A stretch of 49,441 nt of DNA from Rhodospirillales bacterium (GCA_038143065.1 JAYQLI010000004.1:1-49441), one strand, 5' to 3'; positions 20,995 through 32,058 are shown, counted from the stretch's first letter. Program-made: numbers and translations. Notes: a model not told the origin generated them from the sequence alone.

Positions 20995-21060
20995 TTGATC
21001 CTCCCCTCCCGTCAGCCTGACAAAGTTCTCTCGGCCCTCGCCTTTTGGGCGGGGGCTCCT
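20995..21060 (+). ncRNA. Candidate anti-SD (cuckoo-like) small RNA or 3' UTR with terminator hairpin
   Basis: TTGAT-CCTCCCCTCCC-GTCAG hairpin, then GGCCCTCGCC-TTTTG-GGCGGGGGCT stem. Confidence 0.35.
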
Positions 21061-21111
21061 GATTTCAACCAAACCCGCACGATAACTCAGGAACGGCGGG
21101 AAAAGTCTTAA

Positions 21112-21129
21112 CTGTCATAGAGCTGTTTC
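21112..21129 (+). promoter_or_regulatory. Pho box
   Basis: CTGTCAT-AGAG-CTGTTTC 22 bp upstream of the acyltransferase start. Confidence 0.7.
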
Positions 21130-21151
21130 AATTCTATGGAAATAAACCGAT

Positions 21152-22015
21152 ATGAAAGATCGAATTGATCCATTGATTGAAGAACGCGCAAAATGGCTGT
21201 CCGTCAACCGGCCTTTTGCGCGCGTGGCCCGCACCTGCCTTGATCGCCTGTTGAGCTATGAAAAGGCCCTTGAACTCACAAATCAGATGCATGACTGGCC
21301 CAGCAACAAAATCATGGACCATCTCGGCCGGCTTTTGACCCAGCGTGTGACCTGCTCAGGGCTTGAGAATATCCCCGCATCCGGTCCGGGTCTGATTGTG
21401 GCTAACCATCCAACCGGGATCGCGGACGGGATCATCCTGCACCGACTGCTTGCGACGAAGCGGCCCGATAAATATTTCTTCGCTAATAGCGATATTTTGC
21501 GCCTCCTTCCACAGATGGAAGATATGATTGCCCCCGTCGAATGGCGGGTCGACCGGCGCACCCAAACTAAGACACGCGCAACGATGATTTACACAAAACA
21601 GGCGGTCGAGTCGGGGCGTCTTGGCGTTATCTTTCCGTCAGGGCGATTAGCCAAACGGCGCGGTTTCCGGCTTCATGAACGCCCATGGATGGCGTCGCCT
21701 GTGACCTTGGCGCGAAAATTCGATTTGCCGATTATTCCTGTGCGGATAGAAGCGCGCAACTCGGTATTGTTCTACCTCTTTGATTTGATCCATCCAAGCC
21801 TGCGCGACATTACCTTGTTTCATGAAACGCTCAACAAGGAGCGCCAGAGGTATCGAGTCGATATCGGCACTCCGATTGCGGCAAAAAACCTGCCCATCAA
21901 GCATGAGGAAGCGATCACCATGCTGTATCACGCCGCGCTTGCACTTGCCGGAAACGGGCGTGAACAGGACAAAACTGTGCCACTTTTGCCAAAATGGCGT
22001 GCAAGTCAGGCCTAG
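21152..22015 (+). CDS. Lysophospholipid acyltransferase family protein, type A (paralog of 13448)
   Basis: ANHPTGIAD, IFPSGRLAKR and LFDLIHPSLRDITLF are shared with 13448-14293. Confidence 0.85.
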   Translation: MKDRIDPLIEERAKWLSVNRPFARVARTCLDRLLSYEKALELTNQMHDWPSNKIMDHLGRLLTQRVTCSGLENIPASGPGLIVANHPTGIADGIILHRLLATKRPDKYFFANSDILRLLPQMEDMIAPVEWRVDRRTQTKTRATMIYTKQAVESGRLGVIFPSGRLAKRRGFRLHERPWMASPVTLARKFDLPIIPVRIEARNSVLFYLFDLIHPSLRDITLFHETLNKERQRYRVDIGTPIAAKNLPIKHEEAITMLYHAALALAGNGREQDKTVPLLPKWRASQA

Positions 22016-22036
22016 GCCTACGCGCGCAAAAAGGTG

Positions 22037-22746
22037 TCAAAGGGTCAGTGTAACCCGATCCCCGCAAACCATATGCGACCGTATTCGACAGGCTCACCAG
22101 CCTCGGACGCATTCACTCTGGACGTTCGCAACAACGGATCACTTTCGCTGACCTGCAAGAGCAGCGCATAGGTCGCGGGTGCGCGGACCGCCGTGACTCG
22201 GGTTGAGACACGCGTATAGTCATAAATACCTTTCATGCTCAGCGCTTCGGTGACGCTGCTTGTCTCGGATAATGCTGCAGCACTTCCAGAAAGCTTTGTT
22301 ATCGGAAACAGGCTTTCCAAAGCCGCGATCGGCTGACCATCCGCCAAGGACAGCCCGTGATAAGCGCAGACCGTATCGCTTGTTTATAGGTGCAACGCTT
22401 GCCTCTTCTGCGGTTGCCGCGCGGGTATCCAGTGTCAGATTGCGTTTTTTACGGTTGGCGTCCCGCAGTGATCAGATTTTCATGAAACCGGATACGTTGC
22501 CCAATCGGATAATCGTTCGGTGTCGCAGCCACATAGGCGCGCACCGCGCCGTGTGCGAACCAGCCCTTCATCAATCAAAACAGAGAACCCGTGACGAACT
22601 GTATGGCGGTTTACGCCGAAATGCGCCGATAGCGCCGCCTCGGTCGGTAACTTGTCACCGGGGCTATTGCGCCCTTCCGCCAATTCGCTGCGCAGTGCAT
22701 TTGCAATGGCTTTCCATCTCAGAGTCTCTTCGGGGCTGTCGCACAA
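22037..22746 (-). CDS. phnF: GntR-family phosphonate regulator (multiple frameshifts, possibly degenerate)
   Basis: LPTEAALSAHFGVNRHTVR HTH and DYTRVSTRVTA…GEPVEYGR UTRA region. Divergent from phnG. Confidence 0.8.
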
Positions 22747-22827
22747 AATTTACAAAACTCTTCTATCATGGACAATGATGGTTGATACGATATGTACAGT
22801 TGTGGAGAGGAGAGCCAAGTTGTCGAG

Positions 22828-23280
22828 ATGAAAGACACAGGACACGAAAATAACTCTCGCAAAGCGTGGATGGGCTTGCTGGCGAAAGCTCCCGAAGGCC
22901 GTGTTGCTGCGTTGTTGAGGGTGAAATGGAGCGCCCCGATTTCACGTGGCTGCGTGCCCCTGAGATTGGCAGCACGATGGTGCGCGGGCGTGCCGGGGCG
23001 ATCGGCGCCCCATTTAATCTTGGTGAGATGACCATCACCCGCTGCGCCCTGACTTTGGAAACCGGCGAAACAGGTCACGCCTACATTCAGGGACGCCGAA
23101 AAGCGGATGCTGAAACCGCAGCCCTCGTCGACGCACTCATGCAAACCGAAAAAGCAGCGCTTACGCCAAGCGGTCCTTAACCCGCTGGAAGCCGAAATGA
23201 ACGCGGCCAAAGCAGCCCGCGCGGCCAAAGCGGCCGCAACAAAGGTAGACTTCTTCACCATGACGCGAGGAAAAGACTGA
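22828..23280 (+). CDS. phnG: C-P lyase subunit PhnG (frameshifted)
   Basis: RKAWMGLLAKA, LRAPEIG..MVRGRAG..GAPFNLGEMTITR and AAATKVDFFTM.RG. Confidence 0.9.
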
Positions 23281-23843
23281 TGCAGGCAAACACCCTCTCT
23301 GGCGGCTTCACTAATCCTGCAACCCAGTCAGCACATGCCTTTCGATCTGTGATGGAGGCGATGGCCCGTCCTGGGACCATTCAAGACATCGAAGGTGCAG
23401 AGCCGCCGGCTTCATTGTCGTCTGCGGCGGGAACTGTCCTACTGACCCTTTGTGACACTGAAACGCCAATTTATCTGGCAGGCGCGATAGATTGCGCTGA
23501 TGTTCGTGAGTGGCTATCATTCCATATCGGTTCTCCCTTTGTTGGTCCGGCGAACTGTATGTTTGCGGTAGGCTCATGGGATGCGCTTGAGCCGCTGTCG
23601 GCCTACCCTATTGGGACGTCGGAATATCCGGACCGTTCTGCCACTCTGATTGTAGAAACGCCCCAACTTACCTCATTGGGCGCTAAGCTGTCTGGCCCCG
23701 GGATCAAGGATCAAGCGATGCTTTCCTTACCGAAACGTGCCGCATTTCAAGCCAATAGGATGCTATTCCCGCTGGGGTTGGATTTCATATTCACAACCGC
23801 CCACCAAATCGCGGCGCTACCCCGTACCACGGAGGTCTCGTAA
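23280..23843 (+). CDS. phnH: C-P lyase subunit PhnH
   Basis: AFRSVMEAMARPG, LTLCDTET, GTSEYPDRSATL, LSGPGI, FPLGLD and ALPRTT. Confidence 0.92.
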   Translation: MQANTLSGGFTNPATQSAHAFRSVMEAMARPGTIQDIEGAEPPASLSSAAGTVLLTLCDTETPIYLAGAIDCADVREWLSFHIGSPFVGPANCMFAVGSWDALEPLSAYPIGTSEYPDRSATLIVETPQLTSLGAKLSGPGIKDQAMLSLPKRAAFQANRMLFPLGLDFIFTTAHQIAALPRTTEVS

Positions 23844-23844
23844 C

Positions 23845-24932
23845 ATGTACGTAGCTGTCAAAGGTGGGGAGCGCGCCATCGAGAATGCCCATGCCTGGCT
23901 TGCCGAAGAACGCCGGGGGACAAGGGTGTCGCAGAACTCAGCATCGCACAAATCCGCGAGCAGCTGAGCCTTGCAGTAAACCGCGTTATGGCCGAGGGCT
24001 CGCTTTATGATCCTGACCTTGCAGCACTTGCGATCAAGCAGGCGCGTGGTGATCTTATCGAGGCAATCTTTCTGATACGTGCTTACCGCACCACCTTGCC
24101 CCGCTTTGGCGCATCCCAGCCGGTGGACACGGGTGCAATGGCCTGCGATCGACGCATTTCAGCGACCTTCAAAGACTTGCCAGGAGGACAAGTCCTTGGA
24201 CCAACCTTTGACTACACCCACCGTTTGCTGGATTTCAAGCTGGCCGCAGACGGTGAAGTGGCTGAAGCTCCGAGCCGCGACGTGGTCAAAGGCGATGTGC
24301 CTCATGTTGCCGAATTTCTGAACCTTGAAGAGCTGATCGAACAGGCCCCTCAGGGATAACACACCGCCCCCGACTTGACCCGCGAACCCTTGGAAATGCC
24401 CGCCAAGCGCGCCTTACGACTACAGGCCCTGACCCGCGCGGACGAAGGCTTTACACTTGGCCTTGCTTATTCAACACAGCGTGGCTACGGGCGCAACCAC
24501 GCCTTCGTTGGCGAGCTGCGTATTGGGTCCGTTCCGATTGAGATGGACATCCCCGAACTGGGCTTCGCGGTCGAGATCGGCGAAGTCACCCTGACCGAAT
24601 GCGAAACGGTTAACCAGTTCACTGGCTCAAAAACAGAGCCGCCGCAATTTACGCGCGGTTATGGACTGGTCTTTGGTCAGACCGAACGCAAAGCAATTTC
24701 AATGGCACTGGTCGATCGCGCGTTACGCTGGGAAGAACTGGGCGAGGACAACGTCGGGGCTCCAGCACAGGACGCGGAATTCGTGCTGTACCACGCTGAT
24801 AATATCCAAGCGACGGGCTTTCTTGAGCATATCAAGCTACCACATTACGTCGATTTCCAATCTGAGCTAGAGCTGGTGCGCAAGCTGCGCCGAGAAGCCC
24901 TGGGCGATCAGGTTCAGAAGGCAGCGGAATGA
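23845..24932 (+). CDS. phnI: C-P lyase subunit PhnI (two frameshifts)
   Basis: MYVAVKGGERAI, RRISATFKDLPGGQVLGPTFDYTHRLLD and HIKLPHYVDFQSEL. Confidence 0.92.
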
Positions 24933-25420
24933 CTGCCGATACGGTGGTCTTCGAAATTGGCGGTGTCCTTGTGGACTGGCAGCCTCATCTGGCTTGGGCT
25001 GATGACCTAGGCGAAAACGGCACGCGGGTGGCGCAATATATTCACCGCTACACCCGCACTGTCCCAGATAAATTGTCTGCAACTTGGGACCCGCTTTATG
25101 CGCTCAAAGACAAAGACGTCACGCTGCATGCCATCACCGATTGGTCCGCTGAAAAATGGCCTGAGGGCCTAAAGGTGCAGCCTAAATTAGGTGAGGTCTT
25201 TGGTACAACCGTCATGCCCGACGAGCTTTGCGTTTTGAAACCCAGTACGAAAATCGGCAAAACACTTTGCACCCACGCGAAAGTGCCCTCTGATCAATGC
25301 GTCTATATCGATGACGGGCTTCACAATTGCCTTGGAGCGCGAGCCGCTGGCGTGGATGCCATCCACTTTACCAACGCCGCAGACCTTCGGGCAGGTTTGA
25401 ATGAAAGAGCGCTGCTATGA
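24929..25420 (+). CDS. HAD-family phosphatase, apparently degenerate
   Basis: VVFEIGGVLVDW (catalytic D replaced by E), KP and YIDD motifs. Cap region is short. Confidence 0.65.
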   Translation: MTADTVVFEIGGVLVDWQPHLAWADDLGENGTRVAQYIHRYTRTVPDKLSATWDPLYALKDKDVTLHAITDWSAEKWPEGLKVQPKLGEVFGTTVMPDELCVLKPSTKIGKTLCTHAKVPSDQCVYIDDGLHNCLGARAAGVDAIHFTNAADLRAGLNERALL

Positions 25421-25461
25421 CGCCTTACCCTTTGAAATCAGATCCGTTTTGGTCAGGACGG

Positions 25462-25631
25462 TCAGCGATCAAACACACCGGACTGGGCCTTTGTGTCCAT
25501 AAACCAACCATCTGGCCCGCAGTAGTCATTGGGCAAAACCGGCACGAGGTAGGGCAGCACCCAAGCCACGAGCCGTTCAAATACGGCCAAGCCTACAAGT
25601 GCAATCAAAACACCAAATCAAAACTCAACAT
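25462..25631 (-). CDS. Possible ~56-aa membrane protein antisense within the phn operon (1-nt frameshift)
   Basis: MLSF|FGVLIALVGLAVFERLVAWVLPYLVPVLPNDYCGPDGWFMDTKAQSGVFDR*, with GGGGAACGAA upstream. Confidence 0.4.
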
Positions 25632-25693
25632 TTCGTTCCCCATACTATAGAAATTGGTTCTTTTGGGGCTTACACCTATTTTGAGATAGTACT

Positions 25694-26553
25694 GTGACAC
25701 ACCAAGACAATTACAACTTCGCTTATCTCGATGAACAAACCAAACGGATGATCCGGCGTGCGATCCTTAAGGGGCTCGCTATTCCGGGCTATCAGGTGCC
25801 CTTCGCCTCTCGCGAAATGCCAATGCCCTATGGCTGGGGCACGGGAGGTGTGCAAGTTTCAGCAGCAGTATTGACACCTGAAGACACGTTCAAGGTGATC
25901 GACCAAGGCGCTGATGATACTACGAACGCCGTGTCAATCCGCACTTTTTTTCAGCGCACAGCGGGGGTTGCGACCACGACGGCAACACAGGATGCGACGG
26001 TGATCCAGACCCGCCACCGCATCCCCGAAGAGAGCTTGGGCGAAGGCCAGATCCTTGTCTATCAGGTGCCTATTCCCGAACCTCTGCGTTTTCTGGAACC
26101 GCGCGAAAGCGAGACTCGAAAGATGCACAGCCTCGAAGAATATGGGCTAATGCATGTGAAGCTTTACGAAGACATCAGCCGCCATGGCCATATCGCTACG
26201 TCCTATGCCTATCCGGTCAAGGTAGAGGGACGCTATGTCATGGACCCATCGCCGATCCCGAAATTCGACAACCCCAAACTGGGCGATATGGCGGCAATCC
26301 AGCTTTTGGCGCAGGCCGTGAGCAACGCATCTACGCGCTGCCACCCTATACAAATGTCATCAGCCTCGATTTTGAAGATCACCCATTCGAAGCCTCTAAA
26401 GCCAATCATCCCTGCGGAATGTGTGGCAGTACAGATAGTTATCTTGATGAGCTGATTGTCGATGATGCGGGCCGGCGGATGTTTATCTGCTCGGATACGG
26501 ACTATTGTGAGACCCGTCAAGCGGCTGGTCATAAAGGAAAGGACGCGGCATGA
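25694..26553 (+). CDS. phnJ: C-P lyase radical-SAM subunit PhnJ (frameshift ~26305)
   Basis: YNFAYLDEQTKRMIRRA and MPYGWGTGG. CGMC…CSDTDYC appears after frame correction. Confidence 0.93.
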
Positions 26554-27321
26554 CACCTTTGCTTTGCGTTCAGGGGATAACGAAACGATACGGCGCCCAT
26601 ATTGGCTGTACGGATGTGTCGTTTGACTTGTATCCCGGCGAAGTGATGGGGATTGTGGGCGAAAGTGGATCGGGTAAATCTACGCTGCTTAACTGCATGG
26701 CAGGTAATTTGGCGCCCGATGCGGGCCAAGTCGTGTTTGACACCCGCTGTGATGGTCCCCGCGAGACGATCTCCATGTCCGAACCCGAACGTAGAATGCT
26801 CGGCCGTACCGATTGGGCCTTTGTTCACCAGCATGCTCGCGATGGGCTGCGCATGGGTGTCAGCGCGGGCGGCAACGTAGGAGAGCGGCTAATGGCCCTG
26901 GATGAGCGGCATTATGGCGATATTCGCGATAAGGCCAGCGACTGGCTGGGCCGGGTCGAGATTGACGCCTCTCGGATAGATGACCGCCCCACAACCTTTT
27001 TCAGGTGGGATGCAGCAGCGTTTGCAAATCGCGCGTAACCTTGTGACGGGCCCAAGGCTTGTGTTCATGGACGAGCCGACCGGCGGACTGGATGTATCGG
27101 TTCAGGCGCGCCTGCTAGATCTGTTGCGCGGATTAGTGCGCGATATGGGCTTATCGGCCATCATCGTGACCCATGATTTGGCTGTGGTGCGGCTGTTGGC
27201 GGATCGACTGATGGTTATGAAAGACGGTCATGTGGTTGAGGCCGGTCTCACAGATCAAGTGCTGGATGATCCCCAGCACGCCTACAGCCAGCTTCTTGTC
27301 AGCTCCGTTTTACAGGTGTGA
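26550..27321 (+). CDS. phnK: C-P lyase ATPase PhnK (frameshift ~27000)
   Basis: GESGSGKST, VSAGGNVGERL, FSGGMQQRLQIARNL and MDEPTGGLDVSVQARLLD. Confidence 0.92.
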
Positions 27322-27324
27322 GTC

Positions 27325-28008
27325 ATGATTGAACTTAAACACGTTTCCAAAGCCTTTACGCTGCATAATCAAGGCAGTGCGGTAATTGAGGTCATCAATG
27401 ATGTTTCCTTTGCCGTGGCCGCCGGCGAATGTGTCGCGCTTACAGGGGCATCTGGTGCCGGTAAATCAACGCTTATGCGGATGATATACGGCAACTACTT
27501 GACCCAATCTGGTCAAATTCTTATTGACGATCTGGACCTTGTGCAAGCCGAACCCCGTGAAATAATCACATTGCGCCGCGATGTGCTTGGCTATGTCAGC
27601 CAATTCCTACGCGTCGTACCTAGGGTCCCGACCCTGGATGTGGTGGCAGAGCCTTTGCGCCTATTAGGCGTTTCGGCGGTGGATGCGCAGCGCCGCGCAT
27701 CGGCTCTTTTGCACCAATTGAACATCCCAGAGCGGTTGTGGTCGCTTTCACCAACAACTTTTTCGGGCGGCGAGCAACAGCGCGTCAATATCGCCCGTGG
27801 CTTTACCTATAACTTCCCTGCGATACTGCTGGATGAACCGACCGCAAGTCTTGATGCGGCCAACCGAGATGTCGTGCTGTCCCTAATCGAAGACGCCAAG
27901 GCGCGTGGTGCGGCGATCATCGGCATTTTTCATGATGAGGCCGCACGAAGCCGCGTATGTGATCGCGAAATTGATATTAGCCGCTTCACACCTGGAATGG
28001 TTGCATGA
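27325..28008 (+). CDS. phnL: C-P lyase ATPase PhnL
   Basis: FTLHNQG, GYVSQFLRVVPRV and TFSGGEQQRVNIARG. Confidence 0.93.
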   Translation: MIELKHVSKAFTLHNQGSAVIEVINDVSFAVAAGECVALTGASGAGKSTLMRMIYGNYLTQSGQILIDDLDLVQAEPREIITLRRDVLGYVSQFLRVVPRVPTLDVVAEPLRLLGVSAVDAQRRASALLHQLNIPERLWSLSPTTFSGGEQQRVNIARGFTYNFPAILLDEPTASLDAANRDVVLSLIEDAKARGAAIIGIFHDEAARSRVCDREIDISRFTPGMVA

Positions 28009-28564
28009 CACTCGCCTTGAACTCCAAAGGGCGACTGATCGCAGTCGTTGGTCCTTCGGGGGTTGGCAAAGACAGTGTCATGGCGGGCCTCTGCGATGTG
28101 ATGCCCTATCTGCATTTGGTGCGCCGCGTCATCACCCGCGCGCCTGAACTAGTCGGCGAGGAGTATGACGCAGTGTCTGTTGAGCAATTTGAGACTCTCG
28201 TTCAAGACGGAGCATTTGCTATCCATTGGAGTGCACACGGGCTACATTACGGCATCCCGATTACCGTGAAATACCAGCTTGGCAAGGGAACTGATTGCCT
28301 CGTGAACTTTTCGCGCAAAGCTCTCGCGCATGCGTCAAATATCTTTCCACGATTTTTGTTCTCAACATCACCGCAGAGCCAGAGACTCTGGCCCGGCGTC
28401 TAGTCGCACGGGGTCGAGAGACAACAGAAGAAATTTCCAAGAGGCTTGAAGAAGCCAATAAACCCTTGCCTGAAGGTCTCGAGGTGGTCCACCTAGCCAA
28501 TGATGGCCCATTGTCACAGACTATTGCTCGTGGTGCAGCGCTGCTTCATCCGGCGAGCGTGTAG
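28005..28564 (+). CDS. phnN: Ribose 1,5-bisphosphokinase PhnN (frameshift ~28355)
   Basis: VVGPSGVGKDS, RRVITR, WSAHGLHYGIP and LARRLVARGRE. Confidence 0.9.
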
Positions 28565-29216
28565 CGTTGGATCAGCTCGAACCGACCGTCATCCCGTTCA
28601 GCGCACAGGGCAATCTGGTCCACGACGAAAGGTGCACTCAAATCCGGCAGCACGCGCCGGACCGTCTGGGACCAATGGTCGACGTCTTCTTTGAGCAAGC
28701 GGCCCGACAAGGTCAGGTGAAATTTGAACTCTTCCATTACATAAGGGTAACCCCATTGCACAAGCAAGGCGTCTTGACAGACGCTGAGCCCTACGGCGCG
28801 GCGACGGGCCAATTCTGCGGCGCTGGCAGGGCACGGAACCCGTCGAGGTCACGAACGCACGCCGCAGCCACTCGTTGAAGCGCGCTTGTTTCGCCCCGTG
28901 GCGTCAAGGCCAAAAACCCACCCAGTGTCGTCAAATCTAATGGATCGCAAACCGCAGGTGCCAGCGACGCCGCCAGTTCTGCTGTCGCCTGTTCCAGCGT
29001 GGCCATCGTCCGATTGTCTTTCAGGCGAAAGGGCGGCTTCAATGTCCCGTGCAACCCGTAATTGCGCGGTGTCATCGTGATGTCATACAACTCGGGCATA
29101 GGCAGTTGAGCTGCCTCACGCCCACGCACCACATCCCATCCGAGCCAAGACGCTCCAAAATCAGCCAAGGGCCCGGCAGGCGGCACATAGAAAATTGCAA
29201 ATCGAGAGAACGACAT
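28546..29216 (-). CDS. DUF1045 phosphonate-cluster protein, putative 2H phosphoesterase (frameshift ~28810)
   Basis: RFAIFYVP, WLGWD, YGLHGTLKPPF and WGYPYVMEEFKFHLTLSG (two HxT motifs). Confidence 0.85.
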
Positions 29217-30406
29217 GAATTCCCCTTTTCCTGCCCTCCCAGTGACACAGGCGTATGACAGTGATGTGTCAAGCGACCTGTGTCTTGCCAATGCGCAGCT
29301 TGTTCTGCCCGATCAGGTGATCAAGGGAACGGTGACGATTGAGAATGGGACGATCTGCGACATTCGTGAAGGGGACCAGGTCCCAACCGGCGCCATCGAT
29401 TGCGCAAATGACTATGTCATTCCTGGACTGGTGGAATTGCACACCGACAACCTCGAACGCCACATCGAGCCTCGTCCAGAAGTTGACTGGCCACATCTTC
29501 CTGCGCTGATAGCCCATGATGCAGAGCTGGCTTCAACGGGTATTACGACCGTATTTGATGCGCTGCGCGTCGGATCGATCCACAGTGGTAAGGCACGCTA
29601 TAGCGATTATGCCCGCAAAATCGCGGATGAATTGCTTTCGGCCCGCGGAGCAGGCATTTTCAAGATCAGCCACTTCCTCCACCTTCGGGCTGAAATATGC
29701 TCGGAGACATTGCTCGAAGAACTGGCCGCATTCGGACCAAAGGACCGCGTGGGGATCGTCAGTTTGATGGATCACACGCCGGGACAGCGCCAATTTCGCG
29801 ACCTAACTGCCTTAAAACCTATGTGACGAAAAAGCGTGGTTTGACCGACGTCGAATTCAAAGACCACGTTGAGAACCTGTTGGCTCTGCAAAAACGCTTC
29901 GGGTCTGAGCACAAAGTGGTGCTGTTGCCCATGGGGATCGTCTTGGCGCGGTTCTGGCCAGCCATGACGATACAACCGCCGACCACGTCGCTACGTCAGC
30001 GACAAACGGCGTGGGCTTTGCGGAATTCCCCACGACAATCGAGGCCGCGCAGGCCTGTCGCGCCCACGGAATTGCCGTAATGATGGGTGCACCTAACCTG
30101 ATCCGCGGCGAGTCCCATTCTGGCAATGTCGCAGCACAAGACCTTGCGCAAGCCGACCTTTTGGATATCGTTTCGTCAGACTACGTGCCCTCGGCGCTAC
30201 TTTTGTCTGCCTTCCGTCTGGCCGAAATCTGGAATGATCTGCCACGCGGAATCTCAACAGTGACGTCCAACCCTGCGCATGCCGTGCAGCTCGTTGACCG
30301 TGGTGCCTTGAAGAAAGGCTTACGCGGGGATGTTTTGCGCGCGTGCAAGCTCGGTAATATACCCCTGCTGCGCGGCGTATGGAGTCAGGGCAACAAGGTG
30401 AGCTAA
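29215..30406 (+). CDS. phnM: PhnM diphosphatase, canonical type (two frameshifts)
   Basis: PGLVELHTDNLERH, LMDHTPGQRQF, ASHDD, GAPNLIRG.SHSGNV and SSDYVP. Confidence 0.9.
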
Positions 30407-30727
30407 TGCCGTTGAGCTTGAAAACCAAGTCTTTTTCCTTACCAAAACAGTCATCGATCTTGGTGAACTCCATGATATGGCTGGACCCATTATGACAAGT
30501 CGCCCAGGGTCTGATTGATGAAACTGCCCCGACTGAACCGTGACTACCTGCCCGCCATCGGCCTCGGGGTGACCCAGATTGTTGGCCACAGCACATTGCT
30601 TTATGCCTACGCTGTCCTTTTTCAGACGGCGACCCTTGGGATACTCTCTGCATTGGTCAACCGTTGCAGGATCTATTAGCCAAACGCTTGGAGCCCAGAG
30701 AACGGCTACATCCTTGGTCAACTAGCA

Positions 30728-31526
30728 GACTAACGCTGCTTGGCGGAACAACAAAAGCAGGCAAATCCACATTTGCAGAGCAAATTGCTAAAGAAGTATC
30801 GCTTGAAAAGAAGGTTCTTTATTTTTGCCTAAGAATATAACGAACGAATGGCGCAGGGACACTTTAAGCGTTTTACCGAATTGCACCAAGTACATATTGT
30901 CGTTGAGGGCCAAATGGATCGTATTGGTAAAAGAGGCGAATATCAGTTTGATAATCTGCTTTTAAAGTACAAACCCGAGTTAGTCATTGTAGAGATTTAA
31001 GTTAAATTAAAACGGTAAAATACAGGCCACTACGACGCTAAATATCAGGCTATGGCAGAGATAAAAGAGCTTATTGATAAGCACGAGATAGACTGCCTTG
31101 TTTTAACGCATTCAGGCAAGCCCACAGCCAACGACAGCGATGATCCTTTTGAAAAAATTATTGGCTTTACAGCGCTGAAAAGGCGTACCCGATAACTTAA
31201 TGGTTCTCGCTCAGAGCAATGAGCACACGAAGCTAAGTACTAAGGGGCAGCTTATTTATTCAAGCAATCTCATATTAGACTTTAAGGGCGGAGTTTATTC
31301 TGAGAGATCCGGCATAGCGGCTGAGCTGGAAGATAAAGCACCGTTACAAGCAAAAATTTTAAAACTGCTGCAAGACAACGAGCTGAGGGTTTTCGAGATA
31401 GAAAATCAATTAGAGCGCTCTGGGCCCCAAACCACTAGCGCGTGTCAAAAGCTTTTCAACGAAGAACGAATTACACGCGAAAATCGCACATTGCCGTACA
31501 GGCTATTCGAAAGCAGGTTGTTATAA
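30728..31526 (+). pseudogene. RecA-like AAA ATPase/helicase (AAA_25-type) remnant of phage/satellite type
   Basis: LTLLGGTTKAGKST Walker A, KVLYF, PELVIV and CLVLTHSGK. Contains in-frame stops. C-terminal HTH-like region. Confidence 0.6.
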
Positions 31527-31833
31527 AGTAGGGTGTTAAGTCTATTAATTCTGTTAATTTAATTGTCTCTAGTTAATACTCTTAACAGACTTAACAGGGG
31601 CTTCTTGACAACCAAGTTATGGATCAAACCAAAACTGAACGTTTTTTAATGCGTATACTCGCAGGCTTTGATGCACTGAATTGGGATTTACTGCGTAAAA
31701 ATTCACCGTGGAAAATAGTGATATTTATGACGCTTTAAAAACCTTAACTGAAAATTCAAATGCACAAATAGACTATGGCGATGAAGACTGCGACGATGAT
31801 GATTGCATTTTTCCTATTTAAGAGCATCCGTTT

Positions 31834-31950
31834 ATGAGCTGGCGAACAACCAGATTACAGATTTTGGATCGTGACAACTGGCTTTGCATTGAATGTAACA
31901 GTCCAATTAAAAGTCGAAATGCCCACGTTCATCATAAATTACCTAGGGCG
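31834..31950 (+). pseudogene. HNH endonuclease fragment
   Basis: WRTTRLQILDRDNWLCIEC…HVHHKLP. The second half (N…CxxCH) is absent. Confidence 0.6.
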
Positions 31951-32019
31951 CTCAGCCGTAGGCCAGTCGTTTTGCGGCCAGCAGAGCTGGCGGAGAATTA
32001 TGGTCTTTCATGTCGTTGG

Positions 32020-32058
32020 TTGTCATTTCGTCACACCAATTTCACATAGCTTTGTTAT
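32020..32058 (+). promoter_or_regulatory. Pho-box-like repeats
   Basis: TTGTCAT, then GTCACA/TTCACA at 11-bp spacing and TTGTTAT upstream of the PHP gene. Confidence 0.4.

Noticed and set aside
22828-30406. Programmed frameshifting or phase variation in phn genes
   Set aside because: Indels are scattered over unrelated genes throughout the window at short homopolymers, which fits read error better.
30093-30721. Minus-strand ORFs after phnM
   Set aside because: They overlap phnM and I recognise no family. Possibly a decayed gene, but not supportable.
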